Assembly: GCF_022045235.1 (NCBI RefSeq)
Contig: NW_027266275.1
Coordinates: 12,214,001 to 12,278,000 of the forward strand
Length of the DNA stretch: 64,000 bases
Direction: 5' to 3'
DNA from: Haliotis cracherodii
Taxonomy: Eukaryota
Part shown: positions 12,576-25,493 of the stretch, piece after piece
Position numbering within the stretch: the first letter of the stretch is position 1
Layout: each line of letters opens with the position of its first letter
Program-made: the position numbers and the translations under genes
Notes under the pieces: generated by a model
Databases searched by the model: none
Told to the model about the DNA's origin: nothing
What the model saw: the letters and a program-made list of their open reading frames with translations, nothing else

Positions 12576-13932
12576 AGGAATTGTTGGCCTCAAAGTAAAA
12601 TACATTCATGTAAGTTTCTTTTATTGTTTTATGTTTAATGTATATCTGACGTTCTGGTGAACAACGTTATTTGTTGATGTGTAAAACGGACACAATAAAG
12701 ATAGGTATCAGACTTAGTCCCGAATACTAACGTTCAGTTACCTCCCTTGTAATGTGAAAAGGGTTGGGTGGTGTGTCTATTTACTGTAAAGGAAAGCTTG
12801 GTGTTAACATAATTTATTTATTTATTTATACTAACTGTTGGTAGTTTTTAAACCTTTACAGGAAACACGTGCGCATTTCAAATAAGGTCGATAATGTCAC
12901 AGCTGCGAGAGTTTAATTTGGTATCAATTAAGCCTGACCTCACAATATCACAATAATTCATATATTCAGTTTTAGTTCATCTCTGCAGGTAAATCCTGTA
13001 TTGTGCGGAAACAACAAGCTTGTTCTTATAGCAGAGTCAGTAAGTCATTACGATAATGAGTTCAACTATAATGAGGGAAAGGTTTAGTTCAAATACAAGG
13101 ATAAACAAATATAGAGATCTAGACCCACGTTTCGGAAAAGCCTTGTTTGGCGTTATATCAATATATGTATTCCCATAGTACTATGGAAGGGTCAACATAG
13201 ACACATTGGGAACACATATTTATATCTTCAAGTTGATTTGAAAAGAATATTAAAGTCTGATTTACTGAGAGACTATCCCACTTGTGGCTGAATATATATC
13301 TCAAGTATCCAACGCTTGTCACAAGTGTGACTCAATTGGAACAGTTTCTTACAATGTGTGATCGTACCCTGACCTCTGGACTCAATGTTTGTCATACCAG
13401 CAGCTGTTGGGTTGCCTGGTGGACACTCGACATATTCACTGTCACTTTTGGAACAAGGAATTATATGTGATGTGCCAAACAGTAAACGGATTTTTTTCAG
13501 CTTTTATGAAATAATTCAGTAGATTTTATGTGAAGCATACACCCTATTACGATGGTAGCTGCTGATGGTTTGAGTGGTCGAACCTGGACATACTACAGAT
13601 CAAAATGATGCAGTTGACATGTGATGTTGATGGTGAAGAAACTACATTGAGACAAACTACCCATTCGACTGTTAATAACAGATGTCTCAACATATTTAAT
13701 GACGCACTCAACACGTGAATGAATTTGGACATGTGTCACTTTGAGTAGTACTTCAGTTATGTCAGCTTGGTGCGGAAGGTAAGTCCCAAGTGGCTTTCAA
13801 CAAGACATTTTTGAAGATGTGCCAACCAAAATACACATTGCCCCATTACAGAGACAGACGAACTTCACCAGAAAAAATATATTTTGAAAAATTGAAAAAT
13901 GATTTCTGTGACCTTCAATTCTGGTTTTTCAG

Positions 13933-16238
13933 ATGGCGACATCCCAGAATGAGAAAGTGAGAGAATTCCTCACCTGTGTGATCTGCCAGGAACTGTACAC
14001 AGACCCCTGTACACTGAGGTGTGATCACACATTCTGCAGGAAATGTGTCACTGCATACATCCAAACCAGACCAGATGCTGTACAGTCCAAGACGATACCC
14101 TGTGCCTTCTGTCAAGGAGATACCAAGGTCCCCGACCCCAGCAGGCCAGTGGAGGAGTGGGCGGGGCAGATCAAACCCAGCATCATTATACAGGGGCTAA
14201 TTGACACCCTCGGGGCTGAGGGTGATGTACCAGGTTAAGTTCAACCAGACGTAACATTCACATCGATAAGTTTATCAAGTTCAAGAAAAGATAAATTTAT
14301 GACAAAAAGAAACGTATTAATCAGAAAAAATGTCAATCCAGTTTGATTAATTATTTAGTGGAAGGTGAGCCAGGTGAACAAGAGAAAGGTACAACCAGTT
14401 GTAATATTTAAGTTGATTTAATCACCTGTGTTTATGATATGGTATTTATTCATGAGAAATTGAAACTTGAAGTAGTTCATCAAATTGGATCGGTTATTGA
14501 ACTTATAATAAAGACTGTTCACATGCTTAGCGTTCCAATATTGTTTTGTTTTAGAGACAATACGTTCGTACTTCTGTTCACAGAGACGTCAAGCACCTGC
14601 TGCACGATCTGTCAGCAAATAGGGGAGACAACTCCAGGTGCCTTGTGGTGTCCTGAGTGTGAAGTGGTCCTCTGTGACAGATGTGTGAAGACACACCGGG
14701 TGAGCCCTGCGTCACAGAACCATGACCTGTGTGATCTGTCATCTAGGTCAAAGGGCAGACGGAGGGTCAAGTGTACAGAGCACAAGAGTAGCAATGTAGA
14801 GTTCCACTGTAAAGACTGTCAGAAGGCTGCTTGTCAGACATGTTGTATCATCTACCACAGAGCTTGTAAAACTGTCGTCACCATTGAGTCTATGAAGCCA
14901 GAGATGAAGACAGTACTGCTGGAGAAGAGATTTGGCATGGGGAAGAGACTGAAGGTGAGGTCGAAGAAGGTAGAGATGAAAAACGAGAAACTACAAAATA
15001 GTTCAAGAAGCACGGAGTTAAAAGTGCAAAATATTAAATCAATCTGTCAAACAGCTATAAACAAGATTAAAGAGAAAGAAACACAACTCTTGGATGAACT
15101 GAATCACATAACACAGACGCACGCCGGCCAACTCCGCTCAGGCGTGAAGCTTGACGAGATTGAGATGCAGATGTACAGACAACATTGTGAGTTCATTGAC
15201 CAGGCCTTGGTATCAGACTGTGAGATGGACCTGTATGACGCGTATCAGGCCTGGGAGTGGGGGGCTGTAGAGTTTGGGGATGTCAGGGACACAGACACAG
15301 CAGACACACGGAGAATAGATGACATCAGGTTTGCACCTGACACTGACAACGTCCAGCACATCCTAGATGACCTACAGCTGGGGGAGATTGACGTCACATA
15401 CCAGGATGAGGGACTATGTCCGCCGTCTCCAGTCCTGATTGACACGATAGATGGGAGGATGGCGGATGATGATAAGTTGGGGCCTGATCTACAGAACATC
15501 ACAGTCCTGTTTGTAGACGGTATGCAGACAGTTCTGGTCAGTGACTGTAGGAACATGTGTATGAAATCTTTTTATACAAGAAACAGCCAGTCAGGTCACA
15601 GTAGACTTCCCCTGGATAACTCTCCCCATGGTGTAACACAGTTGAAGGAGAAGCAGGTGATGGTTGCTGTCCCTGACTCCCGTCAGATTGTAACAGTAGA
15701 AGTAACCCCTGATCTGGTGCTGCTCTCAACCATCACAACAAGCAAGGACTACTACAGTCTTGCTGTACTGAGTCCATCATCTCTTGCAGCTGGTGGTCAA
15801 GATTGTGATAGTTACGGCATTGTTGATATCCTGGACATGGCGGGACACGTGCTGAGGTCAGTCACTACACACAACAATGAGAAACTGTTTGCCTACCCCT
15901 GGAACATGTGTGTCAACAACAAGGGCAACATACTCGTGTCTGACTGGGAAGCTGAGTCTGTGACATGTGTGACGTTAGAGGGGGATGTTGTGTGGAGATA
16001 CGCCCCTACCGGAGACAGAGCACTCCGCAGGTCTTCTGGTATCAAAACCACCAGAACTGGCGACATCCTGCTTGTAGACTGCAACAAGGTGATACAGCTG
16101 ACAGAGTCGGGGGAATTTGTAAGAGATGTTCTCACGTCAGAATATGATGATAACTACATGTGGGATATATTCTGTGATAAATACGGATTCCTCTTTCTGT
16201 GTACAAACACAGAAGTGGAAGTGTATATGTTAGTGTGA
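13933..16238 (+). CDS. TRIM-like gene A2, join(13933..14233,14584..16238), 651 aa: RING, B-box1, B-box2, coiled coil, beta-propeller
   Basis: RING CVIC..CDHTFCRKC..CAFC. tttttcag|ATG, donor CCAG|GTTAAG, acceptor ttcacag|AG (phase 1, in frame). B-box1 CTIC..CPEC..CDRC..H..H; B-box2 CTEH..CKDC..CQTC..H. Confidence 0.9.
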
Positions 16239-19200
16239 AAGAAAAAGAAAAACCAAGCTTTGTTGAAAATCAGGGTTCTGTCCAGATCTGTGTTTTAAAT
16301 GATTGCACGTAACATGATATACATGGGGTAACTCTGGAAGTGGTTTTGGAGAAAGTAGATCGAATCAGTGTTTTAGAATACTGTGTATCAAATAATGTCA
16401 CTAAAACCTATGGGTATTGCTTATGCATGCAAGTGCAGACATACGACATTCAAGTGGGTCACCTCCAGCAGCGACATAGTAATCCACGTGATCACACAGT
16501 GAAACCCATCAATAGTAAAAGTTGTAGAGATACTTGGGGTCACCTGGGACACATTAACTAGAAACCTACCAAGCACCAGACTAGCTCGGCTTATAGTTCT
16601 CATCGCTGACACAGAAACCGTTGTCTTTCGCACTGGCCCTTTTGAAAAATATTTCTGGTATTATACTATGATATTTCCTGAAACAATATTTACAGTTCAA
16701 ACTCTGAAGATCTAGGTTTCATTTTGTGAACCTATTTTTCACTTATGCTATAGAACAGACAATCATGTTGTAGTGTGAACCAAAGGTAGAATATCTATTT
16801 TTTTAGCTTTTATTGTTTCCCACTGACCAACCGCTCCCGATATAGATGAACATTAAAATGAAGGATATTAATATCAATATAGATGTATATATCACCAAGA
16901 GCAATCTCTTGGAGAAGATCGCAAATCTTGTATAGCGACCTGAGATACTAACAATCCAGATTGGAAGCATATTTAAAGTAGTGACGATTATACTTTTGGA
17001 CTTTCAAACATACGGTTGGTTGAATGGGGAATACATAGAGTGTGAATTTGTTCAAATTGTGTTTCTATCTATTGCTCTGTTTATGAAAAATGTCAAGTAC
17101 TTATTTAAGGACGCATTGATTTCTGCCATTTCCGTAAGATATTCTTTTACACGAATGAGAGGGATACGGAAGAAAATTCCTGAAGGTATTATATGTGAGC
17201 TTCAGTTACTATTGTCGTTAACTTTCCTGAAATGTACAACCGCTTCCTGATATGTATTACTTGCTCCGAAACTAACAGAAGCAAATGTTATGTGGAACCA
17301 TTAAGTGCTTTTTCATCATTGTAAAAAGTTGATATCTAAATTCTACAAATTGGGAAATATATATTTCAACGGACCTGGATCACAGGGAATTACTGGGTAC
17401 GGTTCGTGTAGATTCATGTCATGAAGGGTATCATTTTCAAATGAAGACACATGGAACAGTCGGATAATTTCAGTCCAGCAGTGCCTTTGTGAAACATCAT
17501 TATAATTTCACTTCAGTATTCGTAAGTTCCGTTTGACCTGGCGTCTAGCCAAGGCAATTTTATTGGGTATTTTTCAATATTATTTGACATGCCTTTCCTG
17601 ATGTATCTTCTTTGCGTCGGTTCAACCAACGTAAGTCAAACAAGGGAGGGGTCGCTTCCTGATAGCAGGTCTGACTCAAGAGGAAATGAAGTTAAGGTTA
17701 ATTTCCGTAGCACAACTCCAGTAGGGCAGGACTTGCTACAACTGTTTTGCCCTGTACGCCAAATGGAATCTGTTTCGGCGGATAATCTAGACTGGTTATT
17801 CTCTTGCACTGACAATTTATATTCAATATTTATTGTGAAACACATAAGGCAAGTGTTAATGTTGTGCCTCTATTTTGTTGTCTTGTATATACTCACCGCC
17901 AAAAGAAACGCGAACATATAGAGAAGTATGTACGTACATGTATAGAAGAGATATTTCCAATTTGTACCACTCAATGACAAAACTAACAATCAGTCGAGTG
18001 TTTCTACCGCGTGTCTTTATTCTAATCACTATATGCTGCACGTGATTACCGCTAATCCTAAACGAGACAAATAGTGCATCTCGAGTCATGGATCTATGAC
18101 GTGACATTTCATGCGTTCAGAAGCGTCGGTTCGCGCTACATAACTGTATGTTCGTTTTTGCGTCGAGCCAATCTAATATCTCTTGAATATGAATAAGTCT
18201 TCATATATTAACCAAAATGTATGGCATTCGCGTTTCCTGTGGACACGTTGGTAGAGTTCACTTCTGGATTATTACTTATTATTTGTTCAGTATTAATTGT
18301 AAACACATTTTGTTGCATTAAAATATTCATGAAAGCCTAATTGTTAAGAGCTTGCCTTTTTCAAGACACAAAATTGGACTTTGTTCAAATGTACGTGAGT
18401 GTGTTTGTTGGCCATGACATATTGACATATTCCAGATAAATTGTACTGACACTCTATTCCCATTGGTAGTGAGAATTGTTCTTTCTCGATGTTTTTTTTT
18501 ACTTGGGTTAGGTCGTGTTCTAACCTGACCAGCAATGTGGTCCTAGACGTGTGTTCAATTGCCGATATGTCAGCGCAGACTTTACGTTAATGACCATTTC
18601 TCTCTATCCTGTCGTTAATCATTGTATGTTACTGGTGATTTCTGAACACCTCGTGCTTTGACGAATAATGTGGCTTGTTTTTATAACCATATGCTCATTG
18701 TGATCATTTTGCACGAGCAAAACATGGTAAAAGTAATTGTACACCGAATTCAGTGAACGCAAGAAAGATTTTCAGTTGCACCTGTGTATGTTGCATTTCT
18801 ACGATTGGTTTGACATGATTTGGAACATTATTTCTTGTTTGAATCCAGCTGCTAATAAATTCTATTTTGATTAGGGTTTCTTTTTCTCATCAGTGTCTAT
18901 AAGGTGACAGTTGTTAGTGCCTGTGAACATTAATGTATATATTGAACGACACTACAAACCAATATTGACATAAATTCAATGCATGTATATAGCTTCTCAA
19001 AATGACAGCATGGTCATGAGACAGTGTCACAACAAACTGACCAATGGAAATCTGCTTTACTAAAGACCTATATGGTAGGACAGTAATGACCGTACTGCAA
19101 CCTTACTGTAACGTTCGTGAATTAAGGCATTGAACTTAATGTACGAAGACCAGTTTTAAAGTAAACCGATATAGAAAAATTATCGACACGAGGTATCCAA

Positions 19201-20840
19201 CATAGATCGGGTATCAACAGAAGTGTTTCCAATTGTGTCTACCAACATTACAGTTCTGAAAACCATTTCATCCTTTGTATGAATGTAGGGATATTAGAGA
19301 ATATATACCACCCATCTAATAGTCTAAACGCAGTCAACCTTGTAGGATGTCAGAGAACATGAGTAGACTGGACTGCTGTCTATATCAATGCCATATGGAT
19401 GTATATGAGAAATTAAAAGACGTTGGCAGTCGTTCTTACCAACAATCTGCCAACTTCAATTTGTTGAGTATGTTTCCGGCATCCCAAAGCCGTTGACACA
19501 GCAGTGACACAAGAAATGATGAAGGCCAAATGATACCATTGATTTGGAACAAGACTATACCTTATGTAGTTGAAAGAAACAAAATTCTCTAGCAACTTTT
19601 GCTGATTCCCTCAATGTCCCACAATATTTCAAATTTCAGGAACCGACATCAGTTTCATTGTCCTATACGAACACCATTTCACCCATGTTGGAACAAATAG
19701 GAACGTCTTTCAGAACTTTGATTTGGCAGCTAATGATGTTAATTCATTCGTGTGGCTGCCAAGACTCTGTATACTGCTAGTCATATAATCACAGGTGACT
19801 TCTCTATTGTGGACAATAACAACCTTTAGGCAGTTTTTCAAATATGGGCCAAAATGTCGTGAGCACCTTCCTACACAATGGGATCACACCTTTTTAGTTA
19901 TTATGGATGCTGTCGAAGCGTACCTCAAAAACTGGCCAATAAAGAAGATGAACCAGTTGAATGTCTTTGCATTCCTGTCACTGCGTGACGTTGTCCTTGG
20001 TTGAATGCACAAACAGGAAAAGAGGAAACAGAATTGAATTATACCAATTCTGTCGAGTATGAGTGACAAATCAAATAATGCCACATATAAGGACAGGATC
20101 TTAAATGAGAAATAAAATTGCAAACCACGCATTAGTACCAACAATGTTTGACTCTTTTATTCAGGGTTCCAAATCTCCATTAAAATCCGTTAATTAAGAG
20201 AGATATAGCGCACGGTCAAACAAATGTACCACCAAAATCTCATAGATTAACAGTATTCCTTAATACAATGAATTGAAGATTATATTTTTATTCACATAAA
20301 ATATGTTGACTTAATACCATGTGATGCTCAAAACAAGGATTTCCTGAGTTTTTGCAATCTCAGTAAAGAACCAAGTTTAATCATGTCAACAGATTTGATT
20401 TTTCAATTTTGTCCACTTCTATTCCACACGACAAACCATTCCATAATCCATGGGGCATTTAAACGTGGTGACAAAAGATATAGTTACAACTATATCTTCA
20501 AGGACTCAGGAGAATTTGTCATACGTGAAAGCAAATAACATGTGAAGGTTACTGAGATAACAACATGTAAAATGCTCTGCTTCCACATTGCTAACAGCTG
20601 TGGGAAGTGAGGGGATAAGACATGAGGCAAGAACGTGGCCTTTCCATGGGTACCAATAATTCTCCATTTCAAAAGAGAATTTGGCCAAGAAGTTGAATTT
20701 GAGCTTCAGATAATTACATCGATGATCTGACGCCTCTGATGCCTCTTTCTATGAAGATTTCAAAAAGCGTAATACGAATCTTGCTCAGAAGTTGTTTGAT
20801 ACAACATTCAATGCCTCAGTTAAGCTTTCATAACGTTTAA

Positions 20841-21008
20841 GGGGCGGTCGGGTAGCCTTGTGGTTAATGCGTTCGCTCGTCACGCCGAAGACCCGGGTTC
20901 GAAGCCCGACATGCGTACAATGTGTGAAGCCAATTTCTGGTGTCCCCCGTCGTGATATTGCTGGAATATTGCTAAAAGCGGCATAAAACCAAACTCACTC
21001 ATTCACTC
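20841..21008 (+). mobile_element. Short tRNA-derived SINE with (ACTC)n tail
   Basis: A-box TAGCCTTGTGG, B-box GGTTCGAAGCC, tail actcactcattcactc. Possible degenerate TSD taacgttt/tagcgttt. A decayed antisense fragment lies at about 1458-1520. Confidence 0.85.
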
Positions 21009-21228
21009 TTAGCGTTTTATGAATGACTTGTAGAGGATATTTCCAAATTTCTGTATTTGACGAACCAATGACCAAAAATGATGTCCGTTGCCAAAACCTT
21101 ATTTAGATCTCATGTGCACCCGTGCTTTTTTCAGGTGAACAATCGACTTGCCTTTGCATGTGAGTCACTCAAGTCAAAGCCTACCGTATAAGACGATGAC
21201 GTGTGCAAAAGCCCGTCACATGGAGACA

Positions 21229-21698
21229 TAGGCAGTGAGGAGACGTGTGTAGGCGTTCTGTTGAGGTGTGTGCATCTAACGCAATGAGTAGACATGTGTA
21301 GGCGTTCTGTTGAGGTGTGTGCATCTTAGGCAGTGAGGAGACGTGTGTTGGCGTTCTGTTGACGTGTGTGCATCTAAGGCAATGAGGAGACATGTGTAGG
21401 CGTTCTGTTGAGGTGTGTGCATCTTAGGCAATGAGGAGACATGTGAAGGCGTTCTGTCGAGGTGTGTGCATCTAAGATAGTGAGGAGACATGTGTAGGCG
21501 TTCTGTTGACGTGTGTGCATCTAAGACAGTGAGGAGACATATGTAGGCGTTCTGTTGAGGTGTGTGCATCTAAGGCAGTGGGGAGACGTGTGTAGGCGTT
21601 CTGTTGAGGTGTGTGCATCTAAAGCAATGAGGAGACGTGAAGGCGTTCTGTTGAGGTGTGTGGATCTAAGACAGTGAGGAGACATGTATAGGCGTTCT
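21229..21698. repeat. 49-bp minisatellite, about 9.5 units
   Basis: Unit catctaaggcagtgaggagacatgtgtaggcgttctgttgaggtgtgtg; starts at 21273, 21322, 21371, 21420, 21469, 21518, 21567, 21616. Confidence 0.95.
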
Positions 21699-22432
21699 AT
21701 ATAAAAAGACTTGGCTCGGTCTATTTTAAAATTCTTTTCAAGTTTGGTTTGCATTTGTTAACTGAAAGTATCCTATATACTTCAACATATTGTCTAAACT
21801 CCACATAAATACCAATAGGTCTATACATGAACACATGTCATTTCCTTTAGACATACTGAGTGACTTCAGGCTTGAAGATCGACTGAGTCGAACTATGACT
21901 CAAATGAAATATATAAAGCTCATTCATATTTTGTTAAACTGTCGAGGCCATTATTCTATGCAATCGAAGTTGTGCTATTAAATGACGTATTTATGACACC
22001 TTTTATCACAAGTCGGTGTAGTCCTGCTGTGTTTGTACTCATTCTCTGTTACAGGACGTCGGTGAGGAGGGACACGTGGTTTGATTGGTCATAGAACAGT
22101 TGTAATTGTGTTGTGGGAACAACTGATTCTATGGCTAAGACGTTCTTGGATCTATTATAATTCAATTTGGTACGACTATAGGTCCATGCATTACATTGAT
22201 TGAACCAATACCACCTTTATAATGGAAATTCACAAAAGTGAGTGGACAACTTTGCTTACGGCTATATTGTGTTTACAAGGCGACGCAGTTTCCATTTACA
22301 AGTGATCTTGTGTGTATTGAAACGTGACACAGTATGCCTCATTGACAGAAGCTTGTCGCCCAACTAGGGTGTAACAAATATCTTTGTATAGTGGCCCCTG
22401 TGGTCAAAACATACATGACGTCATTCTTGCAA

Positions 22433-22590
22433 ATGGCTACCGCCCGGCTCGGGAAGAGAGTGAAAGATAGCTTCCTGCCGTGCTCCATCTGCATCGAGAC
22501 GTACACATACCCGTGCAAATTGACCTGCCACAAAACTTTCTGTACATCCAACCAGACCAGAGGCTGTACAGACCAAGACGAATAACCTGT
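22433..22590 (+). pseudogene. Degenerate B-type RING exon
   Basis: MATARLGKRVKDSFLPCSICIETYTYPCKLTCHKTFC aligns to the B1 RING start. An internal deletion and frameshift follow TFC. The acceptor before ATG reads caa instead of ag. Confidence 0.8.
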
Positions 22591-23654
22591 CTAGATTATC
22601 CGCCAACTTGCATTAAAAAGTAAGTATATTTTGCATGACTCCGCACAGAGGTTCTACTGCCATGCGGCGATGGCCTGTAAACAATTCAGATAATCAAGTG
22701 ATTGGTGAACCAGAAAATCCAGTGACACGATAGTGATTTGGGTGAAAGTAATAATATCAATGTTAACTTTGAATTACGCCTGTTCCGTACAAGTACAGAG
22801 ATTCTGCTGCTTATAAGTAAAGAAACGTTTACGACATATAGTCGTTTTGCAACACAGTAAGAGGGAGGGCAGTTTTAATGTCTCGGCCCAAACATTTCTT
22901 TTGTAGTTCCCTCCGTGCACAGTTGTGTATCTTGGCGGGATTTGGTTATTTCAGAGACTATATAATAGAGTATATGGTCTCTGGTAAATAAAGATAGATA
23001 GTCTTGAATACTGACGTTTAGTTACCTCCCTTGTATTGTGAAAAGGGTGGGTCGGTGTGTCTATTGACTGTAAAGGAAGGCTTGGTGGTAACATAATTTA
23101 TTTATTTATACTGACCTTTGGTAGTTTTTCAAACTTTAATAGGAAACACGTGCGTATTTCAAATAAGATCGATAATGTCACACCCGCGATATAGCTGGTT
23201 GTTGTTTGGCTGTCAGTGTAAACATGAAGTCACACGTACTAAATAAAATTGTGTTTAGATCTTGGCCTACGTCCTTTGAGGAAAGAAATTGTGATAAAAA
23301 TTATAAGAATTGACTTAATTCTTAAGTAACATTCATATCGATCAGTTAATCATGTTCAAGAAAAGATAAATTTATGACAAAAAGATCTTAAAACGTATTA
23401 ATCAGAAATCAGTTCGATGAATTAATTGGTGGAAGGTTAGCCAAGTGGACAAGATAAAGGTACAACCAGTTGTAATATTTAAGTTGATTTTATCACCTGT
23501 GTTTATGATATGGTATTTATTCATGAGAAATTGAAACTTGAAATAGTTCATCAAGTTGGATCGGTTATTGAACTTAAAATAAAGACTGTTTACATGCTTA
23601 GCATTCCCATATTGGTTTGTTTTAGAAACAATACGTTCGTACTTCTGTTCACAG

Positions 23655-24730
23655 AGACGTCAAGCACCTGCTGCACGATCTGTCAGCAACTAGGGGAGAC
23701 AACTCCAGGTGCCTTGTGGTGTCCTGAGTGTGAAGTGGCCCTCTGTGACAGATGTGTGAAGACACACCGGGTAAGCCCTACGTCACAAAACCATGTCCTG
23801 TGTGACCTGTCATCTAGGTCAAAGGGCAGACGGAGGGTCAAGTGTACAGAGCACAAGAGTAACAATGTAGAGTTCCACTGTAAAGACTGTCAGAAGCCTG
23901 CTTGTCAGACATGTTGTATCATCTACCACAGAGCTTGTAAAACTGTCGTCACCATTGAGTCTATGAAGCCAGAGATGAAGACAGCTCTGCTGCAGAAGAG
24001 ATTTGTCATGGGGAAGAGACTGAAGGTGAGGTCGAAGAAGGTAGAGATGAAAAACGAGAAACTACAAAATAGTTCAAGAAGCACGGAGTTAACTGTGCAA
24101 AATATTAAATCAATCTGTCAAACAGCTATAAACAAGATTAAAGAGAAAGAAACACAACTCTTGGATGAACTGAATCACATAACACAGACGCACGCCGGCC
24201 AACTCCGCTCAGGCGTGAAGCTTGACGAGATTGAGATGCAGATGTACAGACAACATTGTGAGTTCATTGACCAGGCCTTGGTATCGGACTGTGAGATGGA
24301 CCTGTATGATGCGTATCAGGCCTGGGAGTTGGGGGCTGTAGAGTTTGGGGATGTCAGGGACACAGACACAGCAGACACACGGAGAATAGATGACGTCAGG
24401 TTTACACCTGACACTGACAACGTCCAGCACATCCTAGATGACCTACAGCTGGGGGAGATTGACGTCACATACCAGGATCAGGGCACATCTCCAGTGCGTG
24501 TTGACGTGATAGATGGGAAGATGGCGGGTAATGAGGTGGAGCCTGATTTCAGTGGCGTCACAGTCCTTGTTGTAGATGGTATACAGACAGTTGTAGTCAC
24601 TGACTTTAATAACAAGTGTGTGAAATCCTTCTACACCAGAAACAACTTGACATGCCACAGTAAACTACATGCTCCCTTGTCCGAGTGTAGAAAAACAGCA
24701 GTAGTGGTAATTAAGTGGGACAGTTTTTAA
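23655..24730 (+). pseudogene. TRIM-like A3: orphan exon 2 (B-boxes, coiled coil, start of propeller); RING exon absent and propeller truncated by an 888-bp deletion
   Basis: Intact acceptor ttcacag|AG at 23655. Colinear with A1 at offset 24036 until 24666, then jumps to the sequence at 1519 (offset 23148). The intron matches the A2/A4 intron from about 23326, but no RING exon precedes it. Confidence 0.8.
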
Positions 24731-25109
24731 TTCGATCATAATCAACATCAATTTGTTGAAATCTAAAATACGCACGATGTGCGTGGATTCAACATTCTCC
24801 TCAAGATAAGATCCCATCTATTTTGTTCCATGATGAAATCCGCCGTTTGAACTGAAACACACACCATGATTGTGACAAGAAATCTACGAAAACCTTTTTG
24901 TTGATTTGGTAAGTAACCGGTGATTAAAGTTAACACCACAATACAAACTGAGACAATAGGAAGTGGCACCGATCTGAATAGGAGGCGAAAGAAGTTGAAG
25001 AAATGTGATGACACTGAACCATCGAAGACATTCATCACTTTGGCCTTGCCTCCTTTAAGCACGCCGTGACATACCAGAAATACTGCTCAAAGTAGAGGTA
25101 GAAACAGTC

Positions 25110-25493
25110 TAATGTACGGATAATGCACAGATAATGTATGGATACTGTACGGATAATGCGCGAATACTGAATGAATAAAAAACAGATAATATACGTATAA
25201 TGTACGGATAATGTAATGTACAGATACTGTAATATTAATGTACGGATAAAGCACGGGTAATGTACGGATAAAGCACGGGTAATGTACGGATAAAGCACGG
25301 GTAATGTACGGATAAAGCACGGGTAATGTACGGATAAGGCAGGGGTAATGTGCGGATAAGACATAGGTATTGTAGGATACTGAAGGGGAAAATTTACGGA
25401 TACTGAACGTATAATGTACTGATTTTGCACGGGTAATGTAGTTTAATGCATGGGAAATGCACGGATAATGCACTGATACTGTACGGATAATTC
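25110..25493. repeat. Minisatellite, 11/22-bp (duplicate copy)
   Basis: Matches 1962-2345. Confidence 0.9.

Noticed and set aside
13757-13778. 22-nt 5'UTR micro-exon (cag|..gaag|gtaagt; also 41586-41607) with an out-of-frame ATG
   Set aside because: Plausible splice signals but unverifiable without transcripts, and absent from B genes.
14439-14583. N-terminal extensions of ORFs 14439, 23510, 42357, 6873 and 30026
   Set aside because: Intronic: they lie between a GT donor and an in-phase AG acceptor, and the equivalent frame is broken in A4.
13933-16238. Assigning a vertebrate symbol (TRIM2/3/56/71)
   Set aside because: No filamin domain and a divergent propeller; this is a lineage-specific expansion, so orthology cannot be supported.
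20841-20915. tRNA genes here and at about 4750, 5030, 9900 and 10600
   Set aside because: tRNA-like heads lack a proper acceptor stem and continue into SINE bodies and tails.
21229-21698. CRISPR-like array
   Set aside because: Units are head-to-tail with no unique spacers, there are no cas genes, and the context is eukaryotic.
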